Below, piece after piece: positions 52,726-64,000 of a stretch of 64,000 nt of DNA. A model generated the notes under the pieces. That model saw nothing but the letters and a program-made list of their open reading frames with translations, was not told the DNA's origin and did no database searches. A program made the translations under genes and the position numbers. The DNA is from Lingula anatina (lineage: Eukaryota; Animalia; Brachiopoda): contig CM120643.1 of assembly GCA_051362555.1 (NCBI GenBank), forward strand, positions 9,052,001-9,116,000, in the 5' to 3' direction. Each line of letters starts with the position of its first letter. Within the stretch, counting starts at the first letter, position 1.

Positions 52726-55700
52726 TAGTAGGCTTGTTAAAGACCAAAAAAATGGCCAAACGCTGCATTTTGTAGTACAAATGTCTAACTTTGCATAAAT
52801 GTTCCTTGGGCCAAAATAATTTTTTTTATCCAAAGAGACGCCCTCTATCGATACAAAAATTAACATAAATTATGCAAATTATGTGCTAAAATATATAATA
52901 TTTCATATTTCCATTAATTTTTGGCCTAGAAACATATATAAATTATCAAACCTGACTAAATTAGGGACAAGGAGCCCATTTTTGATCATTTGGAAGCAAT
53001 TGGTGGCCATTTTGTGCCTCAAATCCAAGATGGCTGCCACCCGCCATTTTGAAAGTGGACATAATTTTGCTATTTTATGTTGAATTTTGAAGCGTTTGGT
53101 CTAACTATACTTTATATTCTTACTATTTTGGGGGTGCAAAAGTCATATTTGATATTTTTATGGTGATAGTAGGTGATTTGAAGGAACAAAGAGGGTGTTT
53201 TAAGTGCCTACCAAGATATGTGTGAACGCTGCAAAACCATGGATATTGATAACCCGTATTCAAATACAAGTATATCTCAATGCAATTTTTCGTTATAAAC
53301 CATCGCTACTGGACTATATTATGAGCAAAAAAAAAACACATTTTTACCATTATGGAGGCCATTGGTGGCCGTTTTATCCCTCAAATCCAAGATGGCCGCC
53401 ATAAACCATTTTGAAATTGGGCATAATTCGCTATTTTGAAACTATATGTATTACATCTTTGCAAATGAGTAATACGTCGTTGTATATGATTTTCTGGTGC
53501 AGAATACATTATCTGTTTCATGAAATGTGAGTACAAACTATTTTATCCTCCAAAATCAATATGCATGTAGGCTTAAGTTGTCAAATAGACTTACATGTGC
53601 CATGTAGTCTAATTAGTACAAAATGTTTTATTAAATCCTAAAGAGCTTGAAACAAGCGTCAGATACCAAAATGGCTTAATTAAAGGTAAAGAACACATAC
53701 CTGGTGATTTGAAGACAATTGGTAGCCATTTTGATCCTCAAATCCAAGATGGCCGCCAGTCACAATTTTGAAATACGGGTAAGGCATAACTCATCTATTT
53801 GAAGCTATTGCTCTTACACCAGCATGTTATACATCGTTTCTTATCATTTGGGTTGTAGAAGTCGTGTCTTATCTCTTTTGAGATATAATACAAAAAGAAA
53901 ATATTACAAGGCTCCAACAACAATACAGGCTTACGTCTTCACCTTGTATACGTGTTGAAGTCAAATGTGTGCAAATATATGTTATATAACAATTATAAAA
54001 TGGTTTTGCCAGACATAGATTAAGTGCAAGAGACCAGCATGGCTGATTCGACTTTATGGTGACTACTGTTAGCTATTCTGTTGTTCATATCCAAGAGCCT
54101 GTCACTATTTTAAAATTATGACATAATTTACCTTTTTGAGCTGTTGGACTTTCATATATGATCGTAATACATCAATTGTTACTATTTTGGAAGTACGTAA
54201 TTAATTTCCGGTGTTATTCTGGTGACAGAGGATAATAACAAAGGCATAAGGTGTTTTAAGATGATTCCAAGATGAATTTTCTTGTAGTTGTCATATACTG
54301 TAGATGTTTTGTGCTTGTTCGTCCATTGGAAACAATGAGAACTATGTAGTTGCCTTATGGATTTCTATTGGTAGTGAGATGACTTGTCTGGCCAAATCAT
54401 GCTAGGAATGATCATTGGCACTGTCAACTAGGAAAAGAGGCTGCTTCCTCGACTTTTTTGCTTTATCCCTCTTGCCTACCTGTGCAGCTGCTGCTTTCTA
54501 GTTGGTTTTGCAGATTCCTTCTTTTGTGTAAAGATACCACTTTCCTCTGATGCGACATGTTCTCATGCATTGATGTTTCTCTGTAAACTGATTTTTAATA
54601 TATTGTTTGGCTGTTTCTCATAGGACACTGACAAAACCTCAATTCTTACTGGCTGTTGTCTTATTGGCCTACCAGAGCTGATCATGCATGTTTTTTTTTT
54701 GTTTTTTTTTTTTTTGCTGTGCTGCTGGATGATTTTGCAGAGAAGATCTGGAGCTATTTCAAAGCAAAGTCCATTTGCTTGTCTTTCACGGGCATTTTCG
54801 CATCAATACAACTATCCAAGTTCCATAGTAATATAAGACGACACATTTTTCACCCTTCAAATCTTCTGGACTATATTTAACATGCAAATGCAAGCCCCAG
54901 TGACTGGGACATAAATGTACATGTGGCTTTTTGGTTCACATTGACCAGTAAAAGATTAATAATATAATACCACTATGTATATATATTTATTGCTTACCTT
55001 TAAATTATTCAGTATCTTTTAATGGATGGTCACTTAAGATAAATCTAAATTATATATTTGAGCATGTGGTTCGGGTTCCACATTTTTGTTACAGACTCAC
55101 CGAAACTCATCTTTGAATTTATTTTACAACCTTATATTACGGTACCTTTTTATTATCTTCTGTCCCCAAATTAGCACCGGAAAATTACTTTTGAGCCCCC
55201 AGAATAGTACCATTTTACCTAATACAAGCCCACAGTTCAAAGGTTATAAATTACACCAAATTATTAAAATAGCGGCATGCAACCAACACTTGGTTTTGAT
55301 CAAAATAATGGCTAACAATTATCCTCATGCGGTCAAATATGTATTATTTTGCTTTAATGCAGCCATTTTGTTTGCTGACACTTGTTTTATAGATCGGGCA
55401 AAAGCAGTTTTGCACTAATTGGATTACTAATTGTACATATAAACTGCAGGCCCATGTGGCGACTGAATCCTATATTTATTTGGAGGCTTATAAAAGTTTC
55501 TATTTACATTTTATGAAACCGAAAATGCATTCTGCACCAGGAAATAATCAAAAATGACGTATGGCACGCTTATGAAGGTGTGATAGTTTCAAAATGGTGA
55601 ATAACGCTCAATTTGAAAATGGCGTATGAGGGTCATCTTGGATTTGAGGCACAAATTTTATTAAACAAATAATGTATAAAACGAAAATAATATAAAACGA

Positions 55701-56417
55701 CGTATTACTCATTTACAAAGATGTAATACATATAGTTTCAAAATAGCGAATTATGCCCAATTTCAAAATGGTTTTGGTGGCCATCTTGGATTTGAGGGAT
55801 AAAACGGCCACCAATGGCCTCCATAATGGTAAAAATGTGTTTTTTTGCTCATAATATAGTCCAATACCGATGGTTTATAACAAAAAATTGCATTGAGAAA
55901 TATTTGAATGCGGGTTATCAATATCCATGGTTTTGCAGCGTTCACACATATCTTGGTAGGCACTTAAAACACCCTCTTTGTTCCTTCAAATCACCTACTA
56001 TCACCATAACAATATCAAATATGACTTTTGCACCCCCAAAATAGTAAGAATCAATATATATATATCAAGTATAGCATAAAATAGCAAAATTATGTCCACT
56101 TTCAAAATGGCAGGTGGCGGCCATCTTGGATTTGAGGCACAAAATGGCCACCAATTGCTTCTAAATGATCAAAAATGGGTTCCTTGTCCCTAATTTAGTC
56201 AGGTTTGATAATCTATACATGTTTCTAGGCCAAAAATTAATGGAAATATGAAATATTATATATTTTGGCACATAATTTGCATAATTTATGCTAATTAATG
56301 TATCGATAGAGGGCGTCTCTTTCGATAAAAAATTTTCTTTTGGCCCAAGGAACATTTATGCCAAGTTAGACATTTGTACTATAAAATGCAGCGTTTGACC
56401 TCTTAACAAGCCTACTA
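52726..56417. mobile_element. Academ-like non-autonomous DNA transposon with ~0.7-kb TIRs in the 3' UTR of VWA copy 4
   Basis: Termini TAGTAGGCTTGTTAA...TTAACAAGCCTACTA with a 3-bp TAG TSD (empty site aaacacg-tag-ctta at ~32084-32097). 52726-~53480 mirrors ~55695-56417. Repeated aaatccaagatggc motifs; no long ORF. Confidence 0.8.
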
Positions 56418-56880
56418 TAGCTTACCTGTAGCTTTGCATTATACATTCCCGAACATGTATTTTAATCACTTGGATAATCATGCAAACAAGATGAACTTGT
56501 ATCTTAGCAAAGTTTATTGAGAAAAAATTATTTTGACTGTGAGAAAAACAAGCATTAGCAATTTTATATTTATTTGAATGGTTCGTTAGACGTTAAGGAA
56601 ACAGCTACTCTGATTTATCATTGATTAAGTTTACCTTCTATTTTAATGCACACGTGTGTGGACGATTTTTTTTTCGGTGCAGTTTCGAAAGATCTCTTGT
56701 TTGTTTCATTTATGTTATGTCGTGTCACTTTTGACAATAAAAATGTGCTAACTGATTAAGTAGAACTTTGAATATTCTATACACATAGAAAATCAATCGA
56801 GGCGACATGGGAGTTGATAATTTAAGGAAACTCGATCAGGACAAAGTTAAACGTGTTCAGCGAAAAGTCGATTTATAATA

Positions 56881-59437
56881 CAGACTTGACATTTAATATG
56901 GAATATTTTTTCTAAACCATATTTTCCTACTTCGCTGACTGATAAATGAAAATAAAGATTGAAATAGTGTTTTAATAACTTTTTAATAATATCTTTGATG
57001 TCATGGTGACATCACCTAATTAATTGAATTCATACTTAATGAAAATAAAGAAAAAAGAATCTCAGCGGTGCGAGTTTTGTAATATTGCCAAAGAGACAAT
57101 ATATCATGTATTTTGGGAATGTCCATACGTACAAAATATCTGGACTTGCCTTATTAATGCTATAAGGGAAAGTATGAAGATGAATATAAGGGAAAGTATG
57201 AAGATGAATATAGAGAGGCATCCCAAAGTGTTCTTATTTGGTCTTGTACAACAATTCAAGATAGAAGGCCTGTATTTCCTTACATTGATAACTAAGAAAT
57301 ACATAAGCATATGCAGGTCCAGATCCGACCCCCCCACTTGGGTAGGGTTAATACAATATGTCAGATGCTATGGAAATATTACCAGGTTCTCATTATACAT
57401 GTATCCTCAAGCGAAACGAACTAACGTACAACAGATTTGGCTAAATATTGATAAGATATTAGCGGAATAACAAAACAAAACTGTTTATAATATGTATTTT
57501 TATTTCTTGCTCAAAATAAGATCAGTATTTCAGTGACTGAGCATCTGTATTATAAGTATTTGTGTGCACTACAGTGTGCGTGCGCCTTCGGATGTGTGAG
57601 GCTGTATGTGAAAAATGTGTGTACGAATGTGCATATACACTATATTATATTAAGTCACACAATTTATAATATCTCTAGTTCTTATAGTGGTGCACAGTAT
57701 CACCTTGCTTTGTTCACGTATTGTTCAGTTTGTAATGTACTCTGTAATGTACTGAAGAATTTTGTATATTGTATTGTACGTTCTACAATATTAAAATAAT
57801 ATTTCAGTGACTGTGCACCCATAAAAGTGTATGTATTGTATTAAGTTATAAAACTGTACTGATGTAGTGTATCGTTTTTGTATTTGTACTGAAATGTGAT
57901 TTCAGATTCTGTGATGTATTGCATGTTCTTGTATGTTTGTCTTCTTTGTAATGTGCTGTATTGTGTTTATATATGTTTAATAAAAAAAAACATGAAATTA
58001 AAAAAAAAATTAATTGAATTCGCCAGTGAAGCAACCAAAAATACATTGCCTATTCTAAGTCATACGACAGCCATTGAAAGCGACATTTTGGATCTCCATA
58101 TTTTAGCGTCTTTAAAAGAGTTACACGCCACACAAAGGACCTTCGTGTCAGTGTTTTGTCACAGCAACGGTCGCTGTTACGCCTGACCTCATCTGGCTGC
58201 TACCAGAGCTTTCAAGCGGCGAGGCATTCCTTGGGATAGGTCTTTAGAGTTTAATGTGGAATAAAATTCCAGGCAAAACTTGTCCAATTTGGTTCAGTTT
58301 TGTTGCAGGCCGTTGATTTGGCCAGTAATGACCTACCCAAATATTGCCTCTGTGGTTCAGAAATGGCGATTTTGATGAACAAGGTAGCTGCTCATTCCCT
58401 TTGTTACAATGTACGTAAGTTCTCTGTGTCTAAAAGTACTCTGTAAAAACTGGCAATCTCATCTCCAAATTGTTCCTAAGGTGCCCCCTATCAAATGTAA
58501 CCAAGTAATTCCCAGATTATTCCTTTATTTGATCTGGTTCAGGTTTTTATCGATGACTACCATTGGTGTTTTGGCACCAACGTGGTACCCACTCCAAACA
58601 CTGACGCTATTAATGACCCTTGTCACTTAAGAAGCGGCAGACGCTTCTTCGTGGGCCTATTCAGGATGCCTGTAAACTCTGTTTTGACTAGTTGAGCGGT
58701 ACAGGTGAAAGCTGACATCAATAAAGAAAACCACGCGGTTTCAGTTAATTCATTAGAGAAATGTTTTGCTGTATATAGAAGCTTCGTCAGAGGCCGTCTG
58801 GAATCCTAACCTGCTATAACCAGTTTGGTGTTTGCTGAGAGCCTTGAAAACGCGTTTTGGAGGAAATTTGCCCTTTATTCTGAACGGACTGGGTGATTTT
58901 GTTAAGTTGCAGCAGCATATTCCGAAGAACAGTGAGTCCTGTACCCTGGTGGTAAGATTTCGATACATTGGGCGTGGCTTCTGTGTAGGTACATCAGTCT
59001 GGGCATAACTGTATAAAGCTGTGTGGACCGTTCCGTGTGACACAGCAATCTGTCTGGCAATGCCTGTCTTTTTTGCGCCATTCTGTACAGCTTAACAATT
59101 TTGTAAAACGCTTCTTAACTCATTTTACTCACTGCAAAACCGACCACTTGCATGCAAAATTTCAAATTCTTTGATGCAGTAGTTGTCGACAAATGGATAC
59201 TTTTTTGACAGAACCGTGCTTCGCCAAAGTCAAGCTTTGGCCAGCCAAAAAAAGAGCACTACCTAATACCCAATGCAGAAGTGCAACAGACATGGGAGTT
59301 AGTTAATTGGCAGCGACACACCTGACTTCACATCTCTCTAGTCATATACCCTATATGAGATCTGAATGAAAAAAGAATGCATTTTTACCAAGGTATATAT
59401 TTGAAACTGAAATATTCCATATTAAATGTCAAGTCTG
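56881..59437 (-). mobile_element. Tc1 family 1, near full-length, downstream of VWA copy 4 and interrupted by a LINE
   Basis: Both 28-bp TIRs with TA flanks; retains the internal segment 58400-58580 that is deleted in the three sister copies. Confidence 0.9.
57032..58007 (+). mobile_element. 5'-truncated L1/Tx1-type non-LTR retrotransposon
   Basis: The ORF to 57470 has the C-terminal CCHC motif RCEFCNIAKETIYHVFWECPYVQNIW. It is followed by a TG-rich 3' UTR, AATAAA and an A-rich tail, with a 14-bp TSD AATTAATTGAATTC (57018-57031 and 58008-58021). Confidence 0.88.
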
Positions 59438-59754
59438 TATTTACCGTCAGCGATCGAGTACATTCTGCAAATGTTTAGTGCGTCCAGATTTCCTCCCTCC
59501 CACGCGTTCTAAAATGTAATTTGTACATTTGCATCTCCTAACCCGTTGACTTGTCGCTTTTAACCCCTCCTCTTATGGCCAACAATTTATTTCATAAGAA
59601 TTGCTACACAAAAGCAAATAAATATTCTTACGTTTATGACCTTCAAGACCTACAACCTTCCACGTCAGCAGCAAAAGTTAAAACCTGGCACCATAAATTA
59701 TGTTACCGAGATTGATAACTGTTCATATATTCATCAGTTCTCTCTCCCTCTTAA

Positions 59755-59786
<32 letters not shown>

Positions 59787-61723
59787 CCGCGCACACACAA
59801 ACACTGAAACACCTCGCACTTCAAGAGCGTGTGTACGGCGCAATATGTCATATGTAAGGGTTATCTGTCAAACATTCGGTTACACTTGGACAATACGGAA
59901 TGATGTGGGGGCCCATGTAAATGTCTATTGGGTGAAGAGCCATCCAAGGATATAGTTCAATAATCCACATTATTTTTCATCATATAGGACACATTTACCT
60001 ATTTACCAAGTGATGTGGTTTTAAACATGTGGTCATATATGCACTAAGTTTGGAAATATTTAAGTTTTTACTGTTACCTTTCCTATTATTGGAAGATTTC
60101 TCAGGGACCAGACTTCGAAAATATTTTTCACTTTTTCAATATTTTATAAAAAGTTCTCTCATAATGTTTTTTCTTTCAACTCGTATTTTATAACAAGTTA
60201 TGCAAGACTGACATTTGCACGACTTTTGGCCCCGATTTTGTCGTGGCAAGTCGTGTCATTTTGGGGCACGAAGTGGGAGGCTCCGCACGTATATTTCACG
60301 TATAGTTCACGACGACACTGTAGATTCTATACACAAGAAAATAACTTAGACTCTACCCCATTCATGTAGCAGTCGGCAATTGTATTATTGATCCCTGCTT
60401 GAAGTTATACAGAATCTTTCACTGTAGTAAAAGATTGTAAACGAGCTGTAAGGCTTCAATAGATCTAGTTAACTGCTGGATAGTTTTCATCAAAGTAAAA
60501 GCCGATGGAATTTTTTAACTGAAGATTTAAGATGAAGGTTGGAGATAACTTGTAGATAGTGAGACCCCATGATATAAATAGCAACATGTGCCTCAATGGA
60601 GACTATTCCTCTAGGGTAAAATTGAACATGCGCAGAATGCGTATGTACGTAAATAAGCCGTGGGGAAAGTTGTCGCCACAAAATGTCGTTTGACTACACC
60701 TTACTTTTCTTTATTTCCGTCACGCAAACCCAAACCTTAGGTATTGTACAGAGAAATCGACTGTCCTGATAACACGTAAAGGTGTCCCTAGGATTTCATA
60801 GAACTTTAAAAAAAAGCCGCAAACGGATCACGGATGCATAGTGGACATGTCCAAGGACATGGATTCAAACGTCCTCATGCTCGGACGAATTTTCTGCGAA
60901 ATGTTTTTTCCTGATACAAAAAAAAAAAAGATCACAAAGTGTCACTCAAGAGGCATTTTATTTTCCTAAATTATCTTTGAATACAAAAGTTTATTAAACA
61001 CGGTTTTGGTGACATGATTTTGATGTTATTTGTATCTGTTTGAACGGATGTTTTATTTGTAAAATGTGAATTAAAGCACATTGAAATTCAAATATATTTC
61101 GATTGCTTTCTGAAAGAAAACATTGTACATTTTCCACAAAAATGCTTCTCTACAAATCATTTAAAAAGTAAATTTCTAAATTATCATAAATAAAAAGCAG
61201 TATCCTTTCACTCAAAGACAACTCTTGAAGCTACAACATGTACCTTTTTAATTTAAGTTTCTTCCAGGGAAAGGTGTTAGATGTTAATTCCGTTTGTGAA
61301 TTAACCATTGCGCGATGAAATTTGGACAATGTGTTTAGAGAGAGAGACAAGAACATTATATTCACCTAATTCTACGACCAGCCCTTCTTTAATGTGTCAT
61401 TATTCCTATCCTTTCCTTAATCGTGGACGCATCGGTGTGTTTTCCATGCAGTAAGAGTTATAAAGCCATTAAAACGAAAATGCACTTCTTTATGGTGTGT
61501 GCTATTTCAAAATTTATACATAATTGTTTCGGCGAACCTCGCTGAATATGAAGAAGGCTTGTCATTACGCGGTTTTCCTTTTAAACGTATGAGGAAATTT
61601 ATCTTCTCGGTCAAGTGAAATGATTGGTTAAGCCTTGACAGAAAGAGTATATAAAGACAGTCGCGAGTCAACAGCACACGATAACCAAAATATAAAGAAG
61701 AAATAACCAAGATAGAAATAGAG

Positions 61724-61933
61724 ATGCAGACAATGAATGTGTTCGTGATTTTTGTTGCCGTATTCGCGATTGAGCAAGGTAAGACAATATGAATCTTAAA
61801 AAATAAGTTAGCCTGTCTTAACTCAATTGTTTTTATTGCAGTGATAAATACAGTTCACAGTGTTTATTTTGGACTTTTGGTAGATATATGCACTTACGCA
61901 TGATTTTTATAGCAACTGACATATACTCTCTCC

Positions 61934-61964
<31 letters not shown>

Positions 61965-63973
61965 ACTAAAAACAGCGATAAATCATAGATACTGTATCTA
62001 ATCCAACACGCTAGCTGTAAAATGGAATAGGCCTATGCTTTCTTTCACAGCATCGGCGGCAGTAGATACAAATGAGCTTGCCAAAGCATTACACAATAAG
62101 CTATCCAGTATTCTGGAGCCCGAGCTTATGCTTGCCCCGGCACCGCCTGGGAGTAAAGTTCAACCCCAACCTGTGTCGACCAAGCTTGACTTTCTTCTTG
62201 TACTCGACAGCAGCGGGAGCATTACTGCCAAGTATTTTGAAGAGGCAAAGGATGTGTGCGAGGTATTTTTGTACACATGTACACATGTACACACAGGCGC
62301 GCGCGCACACACACATGCATACGCACATACACGTGTACACACACTCACGCACATGCACACACACACGCGTGTACACACACACACAAACATACGCATACAC
62401 ACACGTTAACAGGTATTTAATATTTTACTAAGAAATACCACACAGAGAAAAAAAAAATTGCCATGATATGAATTTTTAATATAATTAACGTAGATACTTA
62501 GACCAGCACTAAAAACACGTCTTTTACATTGTACCTTTAACTCGAGGTGGCTACATTTTCATGAAACAATTCCCCTCTTCTTTCTTCATCATCATTATTA
62601 ATAGTAATATGTACTACGACAAATGTACTTATCATTCAGATTCTAGTAGACTACATTGATGGTAAGTCACCGATTGGCAAGTATGGATCACGTGCCGGAC
62701 TCATCGAGTACTCTACCAAAAGCAAAACCCACGTTGAATTTTCTTTCGGCGACTACAACACTGTCAGTACTATAAAAATCAGGATCAATCAAACGGATTT
62801 TGATAACGGTAGGGCAGGTTTTAATTCTCTATAAATTAAGGTTTTAAATTGGAATTAATGTTCGAAATCATGGGACTATTTTTGCTGGCCTTGCAATAGT
62901 ACTTGAAGAGTTTTCATAATTGCAGGCATTGCAGACCGTGTGTTGCGCTTTGGATAATCGTAACACGATTACTTTGGTTCCTAACTGATGCCACCATTTT
63001 TAAAGGTTAGAAATTCTGTATCACAACGGAATCTATTTCAGGCGGTGCCACAGCAACGGGCCCTGCACTACAGTTGGCTAAAAAGGAACTGGATGCCAAA
63101 AGTCGCCCAGGCAACGCGAGAGTGGTGTGGGTAATTACAGACGGCAAATCGAACTCTGGAGTGAAACCTAAAATACCCGCTGATGACCTTAAAGCAAATG
63201 GTAAAGAAACTAGCTTCATTTTGCTTAGATCGCATTCAGATCAACGGAATAACAAATCTGATAAATAGTGCAAATAACACATGGAAACGCTAATTTGGTA
63301 ACTGCTAACTCATTTGTAGGCAAATGCACTACAGAAGAAGATTCCACGAAACACTAATACTGTAGCTAAAACAGCGACTTCTAAACTATCCTACTACCTA
63401 AGAGCACATTCAAAACAGCGGACTAACAGATCCGCGGATCAAATATGGCCGACCCACTTGAATGCTTGTTGCGTAATACTCGCGGGGAACCTATTTAGTT
63501 TCTTATTGGGAATTAAGCGGCAAGATTTTAAATGAGTCGCCACATTTGATCCGTGTCCCGTTTACTACGAGCTATAAGGAGGTTATTAACTTTCGTGTCT
63601 GCTCGGCTGGCAGCTATTTAGCGTGAACCCTCGGGGAGTTCACTCTAAATAGATCGATCTAATCTCTGGGAATGGTGTCTATGATGTATCTGGGAAAATA
63701 AATTTATATTACGTCAAGGCGTAAATGTCGGAGTCTGGAGTCACAATGTGTAAAAATAACTTCCACAATTTTGTTACAGGTGTTATGGTTTGTGTTGTTG
63801 GCGTTGGCAATTCCGTTAACAACGTGGAGCTCGATACGATCGGGGACAACGGGTGTGTATTCCGAGCAGACTCGTTCACGCAGTTGAAGACGGCAGCCAG
63901 AATGGCTTACAACCTGAGCCGACCCCGACTGAATTCGGGTTTCTTCAACAATCTTTCGTTCAAGCGTGTTTAA
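61724..63973 (+). CDS. Secreted single-VWA protein, copy 5 (~262 aa)
   Basis: Exons 61724-61778, 62051-62262, 62640-62808, 63042-63200 and 63780-63973. Frame open; MIDAS intact. Confidence 0.9.
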
Positions 63974-64000
63974 TGAAAATGATTTGCAATTTCGATGCAC

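Larger units (their letters stand above)
27450..64000 (+). repeat. Tandem segmental duplication of the VWA gene unit (5 units, ~5-13 kb each)
   Basis: Upstream region, introns, 3' UTR and the downstream Tc1 recur colinearly; 40.6-43.4 kb and 45.7-48.5 kb are nearly identical. Confidence 0.92.

Noticed and set aside
53204-55963. Mirror-image ORF pairs (MPTKICVNAAKPW...)
   Set aside because: Artefacts of the long TIRs of the Academ-like element; no transposase motif was recognised inside.
60018-60705. Unit-5-specific ~0.7-kb segment, possibly a DNA transposon
   Set aside because: Only weak terminal similarity (tgtggtca / tgactaca), and no TSD can be verified because flanking DNA is deleted.
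1-64000. Prokaryotic-type systems (CRISPR arrays, operons, defence islands), rRNA, tRNA
   Set aside because: The genes are spliced, the repeats are kb-scale duplications, MITEs or microsatellites, and I saw no repeat-spacer periodicity or RNA gene motifs.

Overview
AT-rich, intron-containing animal DNA, probably a lophotrochozoan invertebrate such as a mollusc (inferred from gene and repeat style only). There is no prokaryotic content, rRNA, tRNA or CRISPR. I assembled three gene blocks by hand from GT-AG junctions with matching phases. (1) 4.3-19.7 kb, minus strand: three tandem 3-exon flavin amine oxidase genes (spermine/polyamine oxidase-like); the middle one looks chimeric. (2) 22.4-26.8 kb, minus strand: a CUB + LDLa + single-TM gene with a tiny Cys/basic tail and no adjacent signal-peptide exon. 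(3) 29.9-64 kb, plus strand: five intact 5-exon genes for secreted ~263-aa single-VWA-domain proteins with complete MIDAS motifs, variable linker and MIDAS-flanking residues, and mosaic ancestry. The repeat units are interleaved with two Tc1 families, an Academ-like element with long TIRs, CACTA/EnSpm and PIF/Harbinger-like MITEs and two LINE 3' fragments, many with empty sites in sister units. The best novelty candidate is the diversifying VWA array facing, and possibly nested inside, the CUB-LDLa membrane-protein gene. Any functional link between these blocks is inference only.
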